Assembly (NCBI GenBank): GCA_030390025.1
Contig: CM059433.1
Span: 7,752,001 to 7,816,000, forward strand
Reading direction: 5' to 3'
DNA from: Squalus acanthias
Lineage: Eukaryota
DNA length: 64,000 nt
This document shows, piece after piece, positions 48,102-59,879 of the stretch; the stretch's first letter is position 1; each line of letters begins with the position of its first letter. The notes below the pieces were generated by a model. That model saw only the letters and a list, made by a program, of their open reading frames with translations, was not told the origin of the DNA and did no database searches. The translations under genes were made by a program, and so were the position numbers.

Positions 48102-48529
48102 CTCACCCCACCCCCACATCTTCAAGGCAATTGCAAAAAGTAATCAATAAGTTTTTCTGAAGAAACGTTCAATTTTCCAGTACCAGAAAGTAGGCATCAA
48201 GATCCAGTCAAGTAAATACCTGAAATGGCTTCTGGCTAAAACAGTTTCAGAAAGGGGCAAAGAGTCAATGTAAACCAATTTAAGAAGCTGCAGACGCTCT
48301 CAGACACAAATTTGTCCACAGCAAATTGCCTTATCACAGGTAGACAGAAGCAGTTTGTTTTGCTTCTCTCTGTACAAAAGCAAGACAGCACCGCGAGGTG
48401 CAGCTTCTCCGAAACAGACAGCACGCTCACACGAGTAAAGGAATGCGTCAAAGTATTTATTTTACTGGGGAGGATAGTCACAACCTTCTGACCGATGAAG
48501 TCTTGCCATGGAGTCAGCGGGCACAGTTA

Positions 48530-49245
48530 CATTTGAGGAAGAGAGTGTTTGAAGACCAGGACCTCAAACCCAGCACCAAGCTCACGGTCTACAGAGCAGT
48601 AGTGATACCCGCCCTCCTGTATGCTTCAGAGACATGGACCATGTACAGCGGGCACCTCAAGGCACTGGAGAGGTATCACCAACGCTGCCTCCGCAAGATC
48701 CTGCAAATCCATTGGCAGGATAGGTGCTCCAACATCAGTGTTCTCGCTCAGGCCAACATCCCCAGCATCGAAGCTTTGACTATGCTCGATCAGCTCCGAT
48801 GGACGGGCCACATCGTCCGCATGCCCGATACGAGACTCCCAAAACAAGCGCTCTACTCGGAGCTCCGACACGGCAAGAGAGCCCCAGATGGGCAGAGGAA
48901 ACGCTTCAAGGACACCCTCAAAGCCTCCTTGAAAAAGTGCAACATCCCCACTGACACCTGGGAATCCCTGGCCCAAGACCGCACAAAGTGGAGGAGAAGC
49001 ATCCGGGAAGGCGGCGAACACCTGGAGTCTCTTCGCCGGGAGCAAGCGGCAGCCAAGCGCAAGCAGCGCAAGGAGCGCACGCCAACCCAAGCACCCCACC
49101 CACCCGCCCCTTCAACCACCGTCTGCCCCACCTGTGACAGAGACTGTAGGTCCCGCATTGGACTCATCAGTCACCTGAGAACTCATTTTTAGTGTGGAAG
49201 CAAGTCATCCTCGGTTCCGAGGGACTGCCTAAGAAAGAAGAAGAT
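48530..49245 (+). mobile_element. RTE-clade LINE 3' part
   Basis: TKLTVYRAVVIPALLYASETW...QLRWTGHIVRM...CPTCDRDCRSRIGLISHLRTH (C2H2-like); (AAG)n tail. Confidence 0.93.
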
Positions 49246-49614
49246 TTGGGGGGGAGGTAAGCCCATTAGATTATGAGCCCGAGCACAAGAGAACCCACCG
49301 AAGTTCCAGAACAATTTAACAACATCACACTGGCATCTGCAAAGTGACAGATTGGCGATCGGTCTTGTATTCAATCATAAGACACTTTGTGGGGCCAACA
49401 ATTCCCCCCCTTCTGCTCCTGATTCGGATCATTTTCTGGCGCTTTGGGCACATTGCTCGTTATGTAGCAGGAGTGCCAGGCCTGGGATTTTGGATTCCAA
49501 CAGCCAGCAGCTCCGATCTCCATCTGTCGTCGTTCCCCTTTGACAAACTGACAGCAATGTCGCTTCGATTTGCCACGTTACGCGGAATGCATTCCTGTTG
49601 GGAGTCCAAAACGT

Positions 49615-49963
49615 GGTGGGGGGGGGGTCACAAATATAAGATAGTCACTAATAAATCCAATCGGGAATTCAGGAGAAACCTCTTTATCCAGAGAGTGGTG
49701 AGAATGTGGAACTCGCTACCACAGGGAGTGGTTGAGGCGAATAGCAAAGATGCCTTTAAGGGGAAGCCAGATAAGTACACGGGGGAGAAAGGAATTAGAA
49801 GGATATGCTATAATAAAAAACAGAAAATGCTGGAAATACTCAGCAAAGAAGAATATGCTGATAGGGTGGGATGAAGTAGGGTGGGAGGAGGCTCGTGTGG
49901 AGCATAAACATCAGCACAGACCAGTTGGGCTGAATGGTTTGTTTTTGTGCTGTGAATTCTATG
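49615..49963 (+). mobile_element. CR1 3' fragment containing a 37-bp PLE tip (49810-49846, -)
   Basis: GHKYKIVTNKSNREFRRN...WNSLP; insert flanked by AGAAGGATATGCT/AGAAGAATATGCT. Confidence 0.85.
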
Positions 49964-50678
49964 CGGGAGATATTCATTACAACCCCGTTTGGGGGGCTAA
50001 CTTTTAAAAGTTGAAAAAGTTAGCGCCAGGCGCTAATGTCTTTCAACTTAAAAAAAATTCGGTTTTGCGCTCCAGGAGGAAAGTGGATTAAGCGCTAAAT
50101 CAAGCGCTCCACTTCCTTCCTGGAGCGTGACAGGCAGCAGGCGGGCGGTAGGTGAGCAGCGCCTGTACAATGGGCCGTGCGGCGCTGCCCTGTTGGAAGG
50201 TTCCTTCCCTCCCTTAAAGGGAAGGGCCATCGCTGCAGGCCCTGCAAGGGGGAAATTTACCCGATCCCCGACGGCAGCCGTGATCCGGCCCGATCAGCCC
50301 GATGCACTGCAGCAGAGAGCCGGGCTGATCGATCGCTGGCGAAGAAAACTGGAAAAAAAACCAGCAACAGCATTTCAGATTTTCTGTTACTTACCTCGGC
50401 CACCCGGCCTTTAAGTATCGCCCTCCCCCCGAAGCGCCCGGCCTCCCGGTGAACGCCTCCTGCAGCTGCCGGTGTTTTCACCCGGCGATGCTGCAGGGGG
50501 GCGGCACCGAAGTTCGGGTCCGGGGCGCTACTGGGGGCGATGCGCACGGCGATGACGTCACGATCTCCGGGCGAAGGAGATTGGGGCGCAACGCCATACC
50601 GCCGCCGCAAGCCACCCGCCGAATTTAGCGGGAGGTGATATTCTCGCCGCGCCCGGGCGGTAGTTGATTTCTCCCCCC
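49964..50678. mobile_element. Harbinger-type MITE inserted in a CR1 tail
   Basis: TSD ATG/ATG; left part matches the 28573 family; right end GATTTCTCCCCCC. Confidence 0.8.
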
Positions 50679-50854
50679 ATGTAATTCTATTTCTAATTAC
50701 ATGAATCTGTCGGAGAAATTTATGGTTGAAGTTGCATTGTACGTTCATATGAAATTAGTCTCTCTGTCATGTTAATGAGGATGTTCACAATTTAAAATAA
50801 TGATTTTGCTAAACTAGAAGACTAAAGAATTTCCTAGCAGTACGCTCACTACTA

Positions 50855-52820
50855 TAGTCATAACGGCACAGAAGGAGGCCATTTGCCCCATCGAGTCCGT
50901 GCCAGCTCTCTGTGGAGCAACCCAGTCAGTCCCATTCCCCCGCTCTATCCCCGTAGCCCTGCAAGTTTGTTTCCCTCAAGTGCCTAGCCAGTCTCCCCTT
51001 GAAAACATTGAGGGCAGAATTTTCATTGCCCCGTGGAGGCGGGTTTGGAGGCGTGTGGGGTGGGAAAATAGCAGATTCGGGGGTCCCAAACCCATCCCGC
51101 CCCCAACCCGCCTCCATGCCAGTTTCACAGGAGGCGGGTACCCGACCTGTGCTGGGACCCGCCTCCTCGAGGCGGGAAGGGGATTAGTGCCAATAAACTG
51201 CCTGTTAACAGGTAGTTAACAGGCAGTTTTTTGCCTAATCCCTATTTTTGGCCCTGAAGTGTGGGCTTCCCGACAGGTCCGAACCACGCCAATTTAGCGA
51301 GGCGGACCGTCGGTCTGGAGGGCTTGGAGGGGTCGAGATGTCCAGTGTGCAGGTGAGTGATGGGTGCATGAGTGCAGAGGTAAGTGTGTTTGGTGTGTGT
51401 AAAGTGTTTTAAGAACTTGTACTTACCTTAACTTTGTCCTGCAGGCTAAGGTGTCGGGAGTCCCTCACATCCACGGCACAGAAAGCAGAATGGCCACGGA
51501 GCTGTCAAAAGCTGCAGTCTCTGCTTTCTGTGCTGGATTGATTTCTAACTGAGTCTAAGTACAGGGACTCACGTTAGAAATCATATTGTCAGTGTTTGAC
51601 AGCTTCACAGAGCTGTCAAACGCTGAAATTTCATCTGTCAAAAGCTCTTGACAGATGAAATTTCAATGGCTGACGTTACCTGTATCCAAGGGACCCTTGA
51701 TTGGCCTGCTGAGCCCGCTGGGCGGGCTTAACAAGGTCAATCAAGGCAAAATACAGTGGGTTGGCCACAAGTCGATGGAGGCGGGACTACAACCCAAAAA
51801 GTGGGAGTCCCGCCTCCATCACGTCCCCATTGACAAAATCCAGCCCTGAGTGTCTCTGCTTCCACCACTTCCGTTGGCAGCGAATTCCAGGTCCTCACCA
51901 CTCGCTGCGTAAAAAAGTTTTTCCTCACATCCCCCTGTATCTCTTGCCCAAAACCTTAAATCTGTGTCCCCTAGTCTTTGTACCATCAACTAGTGGGAAC
52001 AGCCTTTCCCCATCTAGCCTATCCAAACCCATCATAATCTTGTACACCTCTATCAAATCACCCCTCAACCTCCTTTGCTCTAATGAAAACAAATCCAGCT
52101 TCTCCAACCTGTCCTTGTAGCTAAGATCCCCTATTCCCCAGAACCATTCTGGTAAATCTCCTCTGCACCCTCTCAAGGGCCTTCACATCCTTCCTAAAGT
52201 GTGGTGACCAGAACTGGACGCAATACTCCAGTTGTGGCCTAACCAGCGCTTTATAAAGATTCAGCATAACTTCTCTACTTTTGTACTCAATACCTCTATT
52301 TATGAAGCCCAAGATTCCATATGCTTTGCTAATCACTCTCGCAATATGTCCTGCCACCTTCAGGGACGTATGCACATTAACTCCCAGGTCCCTCTGTCCC
52401 TGCACACTTTTTAAAACTGTGCCATTAAGTGTATATTGCCTCTCCTTGTTCCTTCTGCCAAAATGCATCACCTCACACCTCACATTCCATCTGCCACTTG
52501 TCTGCCCATTCTGCTTGCCTTTCTATGTCCTGTTGCAGTCGATTGGTATCATTCTCACTGTTTGCCACCCCCCCAAGTTTGGTGTAATTGGCAAATTTGG
52601 AAATTCTACTCTGTATTCCAATATCCAGGTCATTTATATACGTCAAAAAAAGCAGTGGCCCCAGCACTGACCCTTGGGGAACACCACTGTCTACCATCCT
52701 CCAGTCTGAAAAACAGCCATTTACCACAACTCGCTGTTTTCTGTCCTTAAGCCAATTCCTTATCCAAGCTGCCACTGACCCACCTATTCCATGAGCCTCA
52801 ATTTTGTTAACCAGCCTTCT
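50855..52820 (-). mobile_element. CR1 RT and 3' end, split by MITE 51012-51846
   Basis: WIRNWLKDRKQRV...GVPQGSVLGP...KFANYTKL...LEYCVQFW. Confidence 0.93.
51012..51846. mobile_element. Harbinger-type MITE (inverse orientation of the 41874 family)
   Basis: TIRs GGGCAGAATTTT / AAAATCCAGCCC; TSD TGA. Confidence 0.9.
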
Positions 52821-53364
52821 ATGTCTGTCTCAGTCATCAATAAATGCTTCATACACATTGTGTTGGGAGGTTCCTGGTCCCAATGCTTGGCAAGAGGCAT
52901 AGGCTCTTCCCCTCTGGTTATGAACAGAGGGAGACAAAAGTAGAGACAGAAAGATACATTGACAGTCAGGTTTTTAAACAGAAAGCTATGAGGGCAAGTT
53001 TTTGCCAGCCTTAGAAGGTTAGAATGCAAGAGGACAGTTAAAAGTTATTTTGTTTAAGTCAATCAAGTTGGCTCCCTGATGTGGGGAAGTGTAGCATGTT
53101 CATTATTTTGTATTGTTTAAGCAAAGACAAGTTGTACTGATTGAACTAAATGAGTCCGAACATAGCTGTTGTTCTGTATGCTCACTTGCTGTGAAATGAA
53201 GCAGCTTAATGATTTATATCTGGCCTTATCTTACCCAGTGTTTTATTGGTCTGCCTTCTAAGAGATTGGGGACGTGAGTGTGTAAAAGACATGAATATTC
53301 AGTTCCGATCACAGGGGAGTACTAAAGTTACACCCCTGAGTTACACTAACATATAGTTATTTCA

Positions 53365-54015
53365 CAGGAATGTTGGCCTTTATTTCAAAGGGGTTGGAGT
53401 ATAAAAGCAGGGAAGTCCTGCTACAACTGTACAGGGCGCTGGTGAGACCACACCTTGAGTACTGCGTACAGTTTTGGTCTGTGTATTTAAGGAAGGATAT
53501 ACTTGCATTGGAGGCAGTTCAGAGACGATTCACTAGGTTAATTCCAGAGATGAGGGTGTTGACTTATGAGGAAAGGTTGAGCAGGTTGGGCCTATACTCA
53601 TTGGAATTTAGAAGAATGAGAGGTGATCTTATTGAAACAAATAAGATACGGAGGGGGCTCGACAAGGTAAATGCTGAGAGGATGTTTCCCCTCGTGGGGA
53701 AATCTAGAACGCACAGTTTTAGAATAAAGGGTCGCCTTTTTAGAACTGAGATGAGGAGGAATTTCTTCTCTCAGAGGGTCGTAAATCTGTGGAATTCTCT
53801 GCCCCAGAGAGCTGTGGAGGCTGGGCCATTAAATACATTTAAGGTGGAGATAGACACATTTTTGCAAGATAAGGGAGTGAAGGGTTATGGGGAGCGGGCA
53901 GGGAAGTGGCTTTGAGCCCAAGATCAGCCATGATCTTATTGAATGGCGGAGCAGGCTCGAGGGGCCAAGTGACCTATTCCTGCTCCTATTTCTTATGTTA
54001 TGTTCTTATGTTCTT
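53365..54015 (+). mobile_element. CR1 3' fragment
   Basis: ORF 53370-53915; tail (CTTATGTT)n. Confidence 0.93.
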
Positions 54016-54566
54016 AGATATTGTACAGTATGGATGTGCCCCTAAATGTAAGATGCTCAGACCACTTATGAGAGTAACTGAGAGAATATCTAAGGCAATA
54101 TCAAAACTTGTAACAGCATGTAATGTTGAGCTTGTGCAGGAGCTTAGTTAGTCAGTGAAACCAATACAAGGCCTACCAATCCTGTGACAGTTCTCCTTCC
54201 ACCAAGAGTGCTACCAATAACCAAGATGTAAGTCACAGACATTTATAACTCTGCATTACCAGTTACTTCAGTCTATAGTGGAGCAAAAAGTGACACAGCA
54301 ATCACTGACATTTTAGAGAATTATTCTGCATTATTATGTTATGGACTGAAATATTTTATCTATCTATATGCAAAATATTTACATTCTAAAATACGCATTA
54401 ATGCACACAAGTAGAGAATAATATGTGTATCAAACGTTAGTGTACAATACACTCTATCAAAATACAGCACATTGAAAAGTGTGTCAACCCCTTTTGTATC
54501 AATTTATTGTCTAATTCAGCATCTTCTCCCCAAGAAATAAAACAAACAGCATAGGCCTGTGGGAGA

Positions 54567-55026
54567 TAGAAAGAAAGACTTGCATTTATATAGCGCCTTT
54601 CACGAGATGTCTCAAAGCACTTTACAGCCAATGAAGTACTTTTGAAGTGGAGTCACTGTTGTAATGTGGGAAACGCAGCAGCCAATTTGCGCACAGCAAG
54701 CTCCCACAAACAGCAATGTGATAGTGACCAGATCATCAGTTTTTGTTATGTTGGTTGAGGGATAAATATTGGCCAGGACACCGGGGATAACTCCCCTGCT
54801 CTTCTTCGAAATAGTGCCGCGGGATCTTTTAACATCCACCTGAGAGCGCGGACGGGGCCTCGGTTTAACATCTCATCCAAAAGACGGCACCTCTGACAGT
54901 GCAGCACTCCCTCAGTACTGCACTGGAGTGTCAGCCGAGCTTTATGTGCTCAAGTCTCTGGAGTGGGACTTGAACCCACAACCTTCTGACTCAGAGGCGA
55001 GTGTGCTACCCACTGAGCCACAGCTA
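54567..55026 (-). mobile_element. SacSINE1-like SINE
   Basis: Head, Deu core and tail. Confidence 0.92.
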
Positions 55027-56183
55027 TATGAAAAAAAGTACCAGGAGGAGGGAGGACTTATCCAGCTCACTCATCACTTTGTTGTGTAAGATTTAGGGAT
55101 CAAGTGCACTGGTAATATATAAATTGTTATAACATATCATCTCTCCCTCCAGAACGTAACCGTTGATTTATGAACACTTAAGTGGGGGGATTCAAATGTG
55201 GAATAACTTGCCATAATTCCAGACTAGGCATAAAAATGATTATCTGTGGACAATAAAGTGCTACAAATAATGTAAACACAACAATAAATGTCAGCCCATC
55301 ATATACGATTTATCTTACTGTTTGTCCGCTAAGCATAACTCACTGGTGCAATATCACGGCCTCCTTGCCCGTTACCCTCTACTTATTACATGGTTTATGT
55401 CTAAACACCTTCGCCGCATTAGGCTTCCCTGATTTATTGTGGGAAATGGAAATCCTATGCTATACAAAGATCCAAATTGTTATTCATCTTGGCATGCAAG
55501 TTCAATTTTCCAGCGAGCAACATTCTCTCCTATTTTATTAATAGGAGCTTCAGCTTGTACATACAAATTCAAACAAGCTGTGCCTGTCTAACCAGGGAAA
55601 GCAATTTGCTGCAGACAGCGATTTCCTGATTAAGAGTGCACAGAGTTAATAGCCTCCGACTATAGGTATTCCAATAAGGTTCATTGCAGATATACAGCAC
55701 ATCACTGCATTCCATTGCACTTTATTAACCTTATTCATTACAGGAGTAATCTAGTACACACTCACAAAGATCCTGTAACCTTTTGAGATGCTACAGCCAA
55801 TTTGAAATATCACTCTTAAGATTAGTTTTTAAGTAATCCAACTACTTATTCTGAGTATATGTGTCCATCATAAGCACCATAGCATAACATTAGCCCTGTG
55901 CAGTTTAGGGCTTGCTCATCCCTAATGTAATGTTAAATGTATGGGCGCTGACGCAGCTGTTTAAGTTTGACAGCACACACGTCATTTAATTCGACTGACA
56001 TGTACAAAAGAAGAAGTGAAAAAAAGCTCGGCATTTACGATAAAACTGAGCTGCGGAAGGGAATTTCAGGAAGAGTTCGTTTTCAATATCTTAAAACTCA
56101 GTTTGTTTGGGCCATCGAAATGGATATTGCTTGCAGGATTTCCATCAATTTCTCAAACTCAAAAGCAGAAAAATCATTCATCT

Positions 56184-57175
56184 GTGTCAGCTGTGGCTCA
56201 GTGGGTAGCGCACTCGCCTCTGAGTCAGAAGGTTGTGGGTTCAAGTCCCCACTCCAGGAACTTGAGCACATAAAGCTAGGCTGACACTTCTCCAGTGCAG
56301 TGCTGAGGGAGTGCTGCACTGTCGGAGGTGCCGTCTTTCGGATGAGACATTAAACTGAAGCCCTGTCTGCCCTCTCAGGTGGACGTAAAAGATTCAATGG
56401 CACTATTTTGAAGAAGAGCAGGGGAGTTATCCCCGGTGTCCTGGCCAATATTTATCCCTCAATCAACATCACTACAAAACAGATTATCTGGCCATTATCA
56501 CATTGCTGTTTGTGGGAGCTTGCTGTGTGCAAATTGGCTGCCGCGTTTCCTACTCTTCTTCTTCTTAGGCAGTCCCTCGGAACCGAGGATGACTTGCTTC
56601 CACATTAAAAATGAGTTCTCAGGTGACTGATGAGTCCAATGCGGGACCTACAGTCTCTGTCACAGGTGGGGCAGACGGTGGTTGAAGGGGCGGGTGGGTG
56701 GGGTGCTTGGGTTGACGTGCACTCCTTGCGCTGCCTACGCTTGGCTTCCGCTTGCTCCCGGCGAAGAGACTCGAGGTGTTCGGCGCCTTCCCGGATGCTT
56801 CTCCTCCACTTTGTGCGGTCTTGGGCCAGGGATTCCCAGGTGTCGGTGGGGATGTTACACTTTTTCAAGGAGGCTTTGAGGGTGTCCTTGAAGCATTTCC
56901 TCTGCCCACCTGGGGCTCTCTTGCCGTGCCGGAGCTCCGAGTAGAGCGCTTGTTTTGGGAGTCTCGTATCGGGCGTGCGGACAATGTGACCTGTCTTGCT
57001 CAGGCCAACATCCCCAGCATCGAAGCTTTGACCACGCTCGATCAGCTCCGATGGACAGGTCACATTGTTCGCGTTTCCTACATTACAACAGTGAATCCAC
57101 TTCATTGGCTGTAAAGCGCTTTGAGACGTCCGGTGGTCGTGAAAGGCGCTATATAAATGCAAGTCTTTCTTTTTA
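56184..57175 (+). mobile_element. SacSINE1-like SINE split by an RTE insertion
   Basis: The SINE resumes after the TSD at 57081. Confidence 0.9.
56554..57069 (-). mobile_element. RTE LINE 3' fragment with 5' inversion
   Basis: Minus part 56554-56995, inverted plus part 56996-57069, 12-bp TSD CGCGTTTCCTAC. Confidence 0.88.
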
Positions 57176-57797
57176 TCTTTGAAAGCATTGCAATGACGCC
57201 TATTTGACTGTAAAAGTGAAACGCTACGATAACTGAGAACCTCATTATTCACCAATAGCTAGGCAAGTTCAGAGAACTTCTGTAAAAGTAGAAGGTGAAT
57301 CTGATTTTTTTTTTAAAAACTCGGGTTTCTTAGGGTTGGTTTTTTGGTTGTTGTGACAGAATTCTTTGTTTGTTCAAACATCAGAACAGCTGCCTAATTC
57401 CTGCAGCTGCACTTTGCGAGTTTCTGTAGATCACTCATACACTCCATTGGTCACTGCTGACTGGCAATTACCTAATGTGTAATTTTTCAATTTGCCCTGA
57501 GGTGTTCCCAACACCCAAAAGCAGTTCACCTGCAGTTTGCGAGGTGTTTTTTTTCTCTCTCTCCCTCCCTAATACACCTGTGTTAAATTGCCACACTGCC
57601 TGAGGTCAAAGCTGATATTTGTTTTTAATCATATTTTCTTTGGAATTATTCCAAAGTGCTCAGGTTTCTGAATATAAACGTTTAAACTCAAATTTGTAAT
57701 GAGCAGAACAGGGGGAAAAATTAAAAAGCTCAAATGTAGTTAAAGGGCATAATTGAGTTAAAAAAGAAACAAATAAATGTTTTCATTAAGCAAAGAT

Positions 57798-57985
57798 GGC
57801 TTCCCTAATAGCTCAGTGCATTGCTTGACATGGTACTGAGTCGCACCAGACTAAGGAAATTCCAGCTTCCATCCCCGGTCTGTTCAATGTTGGCTGATCT
57901 TAGCTAGGCAGAAAATGGGGTGCTACAATTGGCCCATTGTCTCTGGGCCAGGGAGGGGAATAATCAGCTTTGGAAAACCAGGGAA
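57798..57985 (+). mobile_element. Old tRNA-derived SINE fragment
   Basis: TAGCTCAGTG A-box-like start and degenerate B-box region (CCAGCTTCCATCCCCGG); family not assigned. Confidence 0.4.
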
Positions 57986-58479
57986 TCAATTTGAGTTGCT
58001 CTTGCACATCTATCAGCTGACTTAAAAAAACAATTATTGCGCAGAAAAGTGAGCCGGCGAACAGTGTAACCAGGGCGAGGCACCAAAAGCGGAAAGGAAG
58101 CAAAAATACAGAGCTACTCGGGTAAGTTTAATATATGAGATCGAATGACAAAACATGGTGGGCATTGCTCATTGCTGGACTTGATGGGGCTGAAATTCCT
58201 TGAGTGGGGGGTGGGGGGTTCCATTAGTCTCCTGCCGTAACTCTGGCGGGAGACCAGAGGGACCACGTGGAAAACAGTGGAGGCTGGGTCTGGGAGTTTC
58301 TGAGTTGCCTTATGAGAGGTAAAACCTCCGCCCGCCCCTTGAAAGTCAACTGCAGTTGAGGTGAAAGAGCCAGGGCGGGGACTCGCCGTGCTGGTGGTTC
58401 CAGCTCCGCTGGCTACTTTTATACCAGCATTATTATGAATGAACAGAAATGATGGAAAATAAGATGCATGACTTTGAGT

Positions 58480-58802
58480 AGAATGTCCCTATATTCTCTG
58501 GAGTTTAGAAGAATGAGAGGTGATCTCATTGAAGCCATAGTCTCAGGATCAGAGGTCGGCCATTTAGGACTGAGGTGAAGAGAAATTTCTTCACTCAGAG
58601 GGCTGTGAATCTTTGGAATTCTCTACCCCAGAGGGCTGAGGATGCTCAGTACATTCAAGACTGAGATCGATGGACTTTTGGAGACTAAGGGAATCAAGGG
58701 ATATGGGGATCGGGTGGGAAAGTGGAGTTGAGCCATGATCTTATTGAATGGAGGAGCAGGCTTGAGGGGCCCACTCCTGCTCCTATTTCTTATGTTCTTA
58801 TG
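58480..58802 (+). mobile_element. CR1 3' fragment with deletions
   Basis: GAGTTTAGAAGAATGAGAGGTGATCTC...TTCTTATGTTCTTATG. Confidence 0.85.
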
Positions 58803-59435
58803 ACATCAGTACCGCATCATTTACATTCGCTCACCCAGAAATGGGCAGCCACTTGTGGAAACAGTGGTGGAAAATTGGGCCGTTGCAAAAGTAAGTAGGG
58901 GTGTTGCAGATTCTCCCCATTACCCCGGGGCAGCACTCAGCTGGAAACTCAGCCTTCGCTGTGAAGGCTCACACATGAATAAGAAACAGTTATGTGAGTT
59001 GCGGGAGGGCAGCAGACGTCTGTGGAGCTGTACCCCAGCAAGGAATCAACACCTTGAGTAGAGGGAAGGAGAGGAGAGGAGAGGGGAGGGGAGAAATTGG
59101 TGGAGAAAATTTGGGAAGAAAACAAAAAGATACCAAGTTGCCTATCTAAAAGAAAAGTTCACAAATCTCATCATTATGTACCCGACTTTATAATATGTCA
59201 GGCACTAATTAATTGCTTTTTTCTATGTATGCAAAAACACTTCTAATATGTGACTCTAGTTGAGGCTTGCTATATGAGTGCAAATGTCAGTTTGAATAAT
59301 TGCAGCTCTGTTCTATGAGTGGAATATGTGACTTGTCGCGGTTAATACGCCTTATGCAAAGAAGAGCAAAGCATTTTTTGCAAATCGTTATTTTGTCACA
59401 GGCTACAAATTTTTTAAATTACAAAAAAGCATAAT

Positions 59436-59637
59436 GTTTAGAAGAATGAGAGGTGATCTTATTGAAACATATAAGATTCTGAGGGGGCTCGACAGGGTGG
59501 ATGCAGGGAGGGATGTTTCCCCTTGTGGGGGAATCTAGAACTAGGGGGCATAGTTTCAGAATAAGGGGGCGCCCATTTAAAACGGAAATGAGGAGGAATT
59601 TCTTCTCTCAGAGGGTCGTGAATCTTTGGAATTCTCT
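59436..59637 (+). mobile_element. CR1 internal fragment
   Basis: MFPLVGESRTRGH...RNFFSQRVVNLWNSL. Confidence 0.85.
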
Positions 59638-59879
59638 AGGTCCCTGCCTCTTTTACGTAGCCCCCAAATTTCTGGGGATATCCTGGGTGGGGGAGGGTGG
59701 GATGGCTGGTGGGCGTGGGGTGGTGAAGAATCGGCAGTAAGCGCAGGTCCTTTGTAGCCTTCCGCCTCATTTTATGCAATGCTTATGGGGCTCTCCAGCA
59801 AAGGGCTGCCCAGAAAACATGGCGAGTGGCCTGTCCTCGTAATCCTCCCCAATCGGTGTTCCAGCTCCAGGCTAAAGAC

